64,000 bases of DNA, from assembly GCA_026417135.1 (NCBI GenBank), contig JAOADV010000005.1:43317-107316 (forward strand), in the 5' to 3' direction. Positions 58,575 to 64,000 of this stretch are shown one piece after another; within the stretch, counting starts at the first letter, position 1; every line of letters begins with the position of its first letter. A model generated the notes under the pieces. That model did not search any database. It had not been told where the DNA came from and saw only the letters and a list, made by a program, of their open reading frames with translations. This DNA is from Ignavibacteria bacterium (GTDB lineage: Bacteria; Bacteroidota; Ignavibacteria; Kapaibacteriales; UBA2268). The position numbers and the translations under genes are program-made.

Positions 58575-58786
58575 GAACAATTCCATATTCTAATAGTTTC
58601 GTTGATATTCAAAAGCAAAGCAATCTTTTAGCCTCGCTATTTAATGCTGGAAAGAACAACCTACGGTAAATTAACCATAAAAGCATAAACTATTCGTTTT
58701 TCGAAATTGTTGCAAGTAATTTTGAAAAATCGTTTAATATTATTTAATTTCGTTCGTTTTATTTCTCTATACTTTCGAGGCAAAAT

Positions 58787-60439
58787 ATGAAAAAAGTTTG
58801 GATAATTTTTCTTGCAATGATTTTTGGCTTGGTAATTGGAGTCTATCTTTCACCTCTAATTTCGAAAGATAATCTTTACCAACAGATTAAGAAATTCGAC
58901 AAGGCGCTGAACTTAGTAATAAAAAACTATATAGAACCCGTCGACTCCCATCAACTTGTTGAAGCTGCGATAAAAGGTATGCTGAATGAATTGGACGTCC
59001 ACAGTGTATATATTTCCGCCGAAGAGATGAAAAGAGTAACAGAGGACTTTCAAGGAAGTTTCGAAGGCATTGGTGTGGAATTCGATATCATAAACGATAC
59101 AATTGTAATCGTTGCACCAATACCAGGGGGACCAAGCGAAGCATTAGGAATTCGCTCAGGAGACAAAATCGTTAAAATCAATGGAGTTAGTGCAGTTGGT
59201 ATGTCTCGTAGCGAAGTTCCGAAAAAGCTTAGGGGACCAAAGGGAACCACTGTCGAAGTCGATATAAAACGCGAAGGGGTTAAAGATTTGCTCCACTTTA
59301 AGATAATTCGGGACAAAATCCCTCTCCATACCATATCTGCTTCCTTTATGGTCGACGGAACGGATATTGGAGTTATTGTTGTTAACCGCTTTGCAGCCAC
59401 TACCCACGATGAGTTGCTCAATGCACTAAGAAAACTCACCGAAAATGGGATGAAAAAACTGGTTCTGGATTTACGAAACAATCCAGGCGGGTATCTATCC
59501 CAAGCTTTCTTAATGGCAGAAGAATTCCTTTCGGAAGGCGACACAATTGTTTACACAAAGGGTCGATTTCCCGAGTTCGACGAAACTTATATTTCATCGA
59601 AGAACACAAATTATACCAAAATTCCAATTATTGTCCTAATTAATTCTGGTTCGGCAAGCGCAAGCGAAATTGTTTCGGGGGCAATTCAAGACCGCGACCG
59701 CGGCCTTATCGTTGGCGAAACTTCATTCGGCAAAGGCTTAGTTCAAAGACAATACGAATTGGGCGATGGCTCTGCAATGCGAATAACAATTGCTAAATAC
59801 TTTACTCCTTCTGGAAGAACAATTCAAAGGCCCTACAAAGACAAGGACAAGTATAGACACCTTGTTGGACGCTTCGATTTAGAGGAAGGTTCATACATTT
59901 ACGACGCTTACGAGAAAATAATAAAACAAGTACAAAATTTCAACGAAAAGGAAACCGACCCAGCGAAAAAAATCAAAATTGACTCTCTACCCATTTATTA
60001 TACAAAATCAAAGAGAGTAGTTTTCGGCGGTGGGGGTATTACTCCCGACTACATTATCAAATCCGACACAATCACAAGATTGTCTGTAACTATTCGTTCG
60101 CGAAACTTATTCCTCGAATTTGTCGACAAAAATTTAAGGAAAAAGATAGACGAAATTAAAGGTAAATACCCAGATTTTCAACAATTTAATAGAAATTTTG
60201 CTATCACCGAATCGGTATTAGAGGAGTTCAAGCAACTTGTCAAAAGCAAAGGAATCGAAATCGACGAGCAATCTTGGGAAAAAGACAAAGACTATTATGC
60301 AACTTACTTAAAAGCTCAAATTGCTCGTATCCTTTGGACTTCGAACGAGTTCAACCAAATATTTTATTCAATAGATAACCAATTTATAAAGGCACTCGAA
60401 CTCTTTCCCGAAGCCATAAAAATCGCAAAGCTAAGGTAA
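58787..60439 (+). CDS. S41 carboxy-terminal processing protease
   Basis: PDZ domain GIGVEF, LDLRNNPGGYL, SASASEIVSGAIQD, SFGKGLVQ; GAGG RBS. Confidence 0.95.
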   Translation: MKKVWIIFLAMIFGLVIGVYLSPLISKDNLYQQIKKFDKALNLVIKNYIEPVDSHQLVEAAIKGMLNELDVHSVYISAEEMKRVTEDFQGSFEGIGVEFDIINDTIVIVAPIPGGPSEALGIRSGDKIVKINGVSAVGMSRSEVPKKLRGPKGTTVEVDIKREGVKDLLHFKIIRDKIPLHTISASFMVDGTDIGVIVVNRFAATTHDELLNALRKLTENGMKKLVLDLRNNPGGYLSQAFLMAEEFLSEGDTIVYTKGRFPEFDETYISSKNTNYTKIPIIVLINSGSASASEIVSGAIQDRDRGLIVGETSFGKGLVQRQYELGDGSAMRITIAKYFTPSGRTIQRPYKDKDKYRHLVGRFDLEEGSYIYDAYEKIIKQVQNFNEKETDPAKKIKIDSLPIYYTKSKRVVFGGGGITPDYIIKSDTITRLSVTIRSRNLFLEFVDKNLRKKIDEIKGKYPDFQQFNRNFAITESVLEEFKQLVKSKGIEIDEQSWEKDKDYYATYLKAQIARILWTSNEFNQIFYSIDNQFIKALELFPEAIKIAKLR

Positions 60440-60891
60440 AATCAACAATTTTATTTGGGATTTTGATTACTAAATTTTTGTTATAACCTTCTCATTTTTT
60501 AGAAGTTACATATCTTACTTGTTGTTTTTGCCTTTCACCATTAAAAGGAGTAACAAATTCAAAGTTCCTTTTTGAGATACTGCAACTCCTGTTAATATAA
60601 TGAAATTTTCAAGTGGCAATGACAGAAACTTTGCTTCTGGAAAAGGTTCAAATTTATTTATTCAAAATGATTATTCAGTACAATCAAAGACAAATGATTG
60701 CTGGACGAAAAAACAGCCACTGTATATCATCTGTTTTAACCAATCTTATTTGTAACTTTATCACCAAATTAACAGCATAAAATCGTTTGCTTTAGCCAAA
60801 CCACTATAAGCAGGAAAACTAACTAATCTCTTCGAGATTTGGAAACAATTGGGAATTGCAACAATTTATAGTCTTAAATCCTTTTCCAACT

Positions 60892-61956
60892 TTATGCTAT
60901 TGTAACTTCTTTGCAAAGGTAAACATCTTGTATTGCATTTAGTAGTTCGATACCTTCTTTCATTGGTTTTTGAAATGCTTTCCGTCCAGAGATCAATCCC
61001 ATCCCACCTGCTCGTTTATTAATCACTGCTGTTTTTACTGCTTGAGCCAAATCATTTTCGCCCGAAGGACCTCCACTATTGATTAAGCCAACTTTACCCA
61101 TATAATTGTTTGCAACTTGATAACGGCAAAGGTCAATTGGATGGTCCGAACACAATTCATCATACATTCTTTTATCGAATTTCCCGTAAGATTTACTTTC
61201 AACATTTAAGGCAAGAAATCCACCATTATTTTCCGGCATCTTTTGTTTAATTATATCGGCTTGAAGTGTTGCTCCAAGATGATTTGCTTGACCAGTCAAA
61301 TCTGCCGAAATATGATAATCTTTGTCTCGATTGAATGCTGAATTCCTTAAATAACACCAAAGTATAGTAGCCATTCCAAGTTCGTGGGCAAAAGCAAAGG
61401 CTTCAGAAATTTCTACAATTTGCCGAGAACTTTCTTCGCTTCCAAAATAAATTGTGGCACCAACTGCCACTGCACCAAGATTATAGGCTTCTTCGATGGT
61501 ACCAAACAAAACTTGGTCGTATTTGTTCGGATATGTCAACAATTCGTTGTGGTTGATTTTAACAATGAAGGGAATTTTATGAGCATACTTTCTCGAAACC
61601 ATACCCAAAACTCCAAAAGTCGAAGCAACAGCATTACAACCGCCTTCGATTGCCAAAGTTACGATATTTTCGGGGTCGAAATAAATTGGATTCTTCGCAA
61701 AACTTGCACCAGCGGAATGTTCAACTCCTTGGTCGATAGGTAAAATCGAAAGATAACCCGTCCCCGAAAGTCTTCCAGAATTAAAAAGCCTGTGCAAATT
61801 CCCCAAAACTCTATTGTTTCGGTCGGATTGAGCAAAGACACGGTCGATAAAATCAGGTCCCGGCAAAGTAAGCAACTCTTTGCTAATCTTTGGACTTGTG
61901 AAACCAAGCAGATATTCAGCTTCGTTTCCTAACAAAGATTGAATTTTTTCAAACAT
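60892..61956 (-). CDS. fbaB: Class I fructose-bisphosphate aldolase (FbaB/DhnA type)
   Basis: [50 protein letters not shown]. Confidence 0.96.
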   Translation of the reverse strand: MFEKIQSLLGNEAEYLLGFTSPKISKELLTLPGPDFIDRVFAQSDRNNRVLGNLHRLFNSGRLSGTGYLSILPIDQGVEHSAGASFAKNPIYFDPENIVTLAIEGGCNAVASTFGVLGMVSRKYAHKIPFIVKINHNELLTYPNKYDQVLFGTIEEAYNLGAVAVGATIYFGSEESSRQIVEISEAFAFAHELGMATILWCYLRNSAFNRDKDYHISADLTGQANHLGATLQADIIKQKMPENNGGFLALNVESKSYGKFDKRMYDELCSDHPIDLCRYQVANNYMGKVGLINSGGPSGENDLAQAVKTAVINKRAGGMGLISGRKAFQKPMKEGIELLNAIQDVYLCKEVTIA

Positions 61957-62125
61957 AATTTACCCCAATTGTGAAATGTAAAATTAGTATAATTTCAAAA
62001 ATTATTAAATGGAAAATGTTAAAAAAGAAGTAAGCAATAACTTTTCATATCGAGAAGTATCTTCGAAATAAATTTGAAATCCAAAGCAAAATCGAAAAAT
62101 CAGCAATAGTATCTAAAGGTGTAAT

Positions 62126-63241
62126 TTAATGAGAGAAAGACTTTGCAATTAGTTCCAGTTCCTCGTCTTTTAAGTATGGATGCATAGGTAAAGAAAAAAT
62201 TCTTTCAGAAATACTTTCCGAAATGGGGAAATCGCCGAGTTTATATCCCAAATCCTCGTTTACTTTTTGTAAATGTAATGGCTTAGGATAATAAATCGCT
62301 GTTGGAATTCCATTTAACTTTAGGCTTTCTAAAAGTTGCTCCCTTTCTTCCTTCGAATCTGCAAGTACAGAAAATTGTGCCCAAGAAGAGGAACAGCCAT
62401 CTGGAATAACTGGTGTAGTTACTTTTCCATCTAAAAGTTGGATATACTTATTTGCAATACTATTTCGTAGTTCCAATTCTTCTTCAAAAATTTCGAGTTT
62501 GACAAGAAGAATAGCAGCTTGAATCGTATCGAATCTTCCATTCAGTCCCAAACGAACATTATCGTAGCGGTCCTTTCCTTGCCCGTGAATTCTAATCGAG
62601 AGTAAAATTTGATAAAGTTCATCACTATCGGTAAAAATTGCTCCACCATCCCCATAACAACCTAATGGTTTGGCAGGGAAAAATGAAGTAGCCGAAGCAT
62701 CACCCCAAGAACAAGAAAATTTCCCATCCCTTTTACCACCAAAACTTTGGGCAGCATCTTCCAACACACGCAACTCGTAAGTTTTTGCAATTTTTAAAAT
62801 TTTCCCGTAATCGGCTGGCAAACCAAAAAGATTAACTGGCAAAATCACCTTCGGACGCAACTTGCGTTCTTTTTTAACTCTTTCGATTTCCATTAAAAGT
62901 TTATCTGGGTCAATATTAAATGTAGTTGGCTCGATATCGACAAAAACAGGAGTTGCACCAAGTAACCTAATTACTTCAGATGTTGCAATGAATGTAAATG
63001 GTGTAGTAAAAACAGCATCACCTTCGCCTATTTCCCAAGCCATTAAAGTCATAAGTAAAGCATCGGTCCCCGATGAGCAAGAAACACAATACTTTCTACC
63101 AACAAAGTTTGCCAGTTTTTCTTCCAATTCGACAATTTCTGGTCCTAAAATAAACTTACAACTTTCGAGAACTTTCGACAATCTCTGGTTTAGTCGTTCT
63201 TTTATTCGTTCGTATTGCCTCTGTAAATCAATAAATTGCAC
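62126..63241 (-). CDS. DegT/DnrJ/EryC1/StrS aminotransferase (WbpE-like)
   Basis: EDAAQSFG, SFFPAKPLGCYGDGGA, SLPMHPYL; GTG start with GGAGG RBS. Confidence 0.93.
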   Translation of the reverse strand: MQFIDLQRQYERIKERLNQRLSKVLESCKFILGPEIVELEEKLANFVGRKYCVSCSSGTDALLMTLMAWEIGEGDAVFTTPFTFIATSEVIRLLGATPVFVDIEPTTFNIDPDKLLMEIERVKKERKLRPKVILPVNLFGLPADYGKILKIAKTYELRVLEDAAQSFGGKRDGKFSCSWGDASATSFFPAKPLGCYGDGGAIFTDSDELYQILLSIRIHGQGKDRYDNVRLGLNGRFDTIQAAILLVKLEIFEEELELRNSIANKYIQLLDGKVTTPVIPDGCSSSWAQFSVLADSKEEREQLLESLKLNGIPTAIYYPKPLHLQKVNEDLGYKLGDFPISESISERIFSLPMHPYLKDEELELIAKSFSH

Positions 63242-63243
63242 CT

Positions 63244-64000
63244 TTACCTCCCTATGCCTTTATAATAAATTCCTACACTTTTAATTTCTTCCTTATTTAA
63301 ATAATTTCTCCCATCTATAACAACCTTGATATCAAATTTCTTTAAATACTCTGCTGTTAGAATTCCAAAACTATCGTGAGCAGTGGCAAGCACAATAGCA
63401 AAAGTGTCTTGCAAAGCTTCCTCCAAACTTTCCGCAGTAGAAAGCTCAGGAAAATATGGGTCGAAAACAACAAGCTTCGCCTTCATTTTTTCGAGCAAGG
63501 CTTTAATTTTCAAAGCTGGGCTTTCGCGAAGGTCTTTCACATTCGGCTTGTAAGAAAGCCCAAGAAGAGCAATTTGTGTTCCACTTACTGGTTTAGAAAA
63601 TTCATTTAAAGCATTAACTAAATGAGAAATTGTATAATTTGGCATCGAGTTGTTAATTTCTCTGGCTAATTTTAAAAATTTATGCTCGAATCCGCTTTTC
63701 ATTGCTCTATCAATTAAATAATAAGGGTCGACGGGTATGCAGTGTCCACCAACTCCACAACCGGGATAATGTGGCAAAAAGGCAAAAGGTTTATTCGAAG
63801 CACCTTTAATAACTGCAATTATATCAATGCCAAGGATATCGAAACTCTTCGCTATTTCATTAACGAAAGCAATATTTATATCGCGAAAAGTATTTTCAAT
63901 AATTTTTGTAGCTTCGACGGTTTTAAGGTCTGGCATTTCGTTTATTTCAGCATCAATAAATTTTCTATAAAAATCGGCAATAAAGCGAGTTGTTTCCATA
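63244..64000 (-). CDS. Nucleotide-sugar dehydrogenase (WbpA/WecC type), 5'-truncated by the window edge
   Basis: AEATK-like VEATKIIENTFRDINIAFVNE, GCGVGGHCIPVDP, GLSYKPNVKDLRESP; the Met at 63999 is internal. Confidence 0.92.
   Translation of the reverse strand, partial: METTRFIADFYRKFIDAEINEMPDLKTVEATKIIENTFRDINIAFVNEIAKSFDILGIDIIAVIKGASNKPFAFLPHYPGCGVGGHCIPVDPYYLIDRAMKSGFEHKFLKLAREINNSMPNYTISHLVNALNEFSKPVSGTQIALLGLSYKPNVKDLRESPALKIKALLEKMKAKLVVFDPYFPELSTAESLEEALQDTFAIVLATAHDSFGILTAEYLKKFDIKVVIDGRNYLNKEEIKSVGIYYKGIGR

Noticed and set aside
60543-60600. AAAAGGAGTAAC resembling the start of a yybP-ykoY riboswitch
   Set aside because: The remaining conserved elements are missing and no gene lies downstream on that strand.
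808-63609. Numerous 60-190 aa ORFs in the track that overlap longer genes (e.g. 20972-21343, 32865-33431, 59050-59544)
   Set aside because: They are antisense or alternate-frame shadows of well-supported CDS; the Ser/Phe-rich composition mirrors codons on the coding strand.
1-64000. tRNA, rRNA, CRISPR arrays, integrases/transposases, defence systems, in-frame Sec/Pyl recoding
   Set aside because: No T-loop/cloverleaf signatures, spaced direct repeats or relevant protein motifs were seen; the MsrA and MsrB catalytic positions are ordinary Cys codons.

Overview
AT-rich, gene-dense chromosomal window from an FCB-superphylum bacterium, most consistent with the Ca. Kapabacteria/Ignavibacteria/Chlorobi side of the group. 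This is an inference from the combination of a SusC/SusD pair, three T9SS-type C-terminal domains, flagellar switch genes fliL-fliM-fliN-fliO, an MCP and Shine-Dalgarno use. It holds about 49 CDS: housekeeping genes (ftsL-like, purN, ppdK, coaBC, tsaB, mfd, hflX, nth, fbaB, ugd), many proteases (retropepsin, M1, M16, S9, S8, S41, C40), oxidative-stress genes (cytochrome c peroxidase, ferritin, MsrB-MsrA) and envelope glycan genes. I saw no tRNA, rRNA, CRISPR array, prophage or transposase. Most interesting observations: (1) a membrane-anchored chemoreceptor that combines a periplasmic four-helix bundle with an Aer2-type heme-PAS domain; (2) an acidic protein-DUF432-MscS gene trio of archaeal type; (3) a GTAG-family REP cluster between two convergent genes; (4) window-wide TCGA over-representation together with near absence of GATC; (5) Bacteroidetes-type TAnnTTTG promoter motifs coexisting with SD sites. 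All assignments come from motif recognition by eye; no database searches were run.
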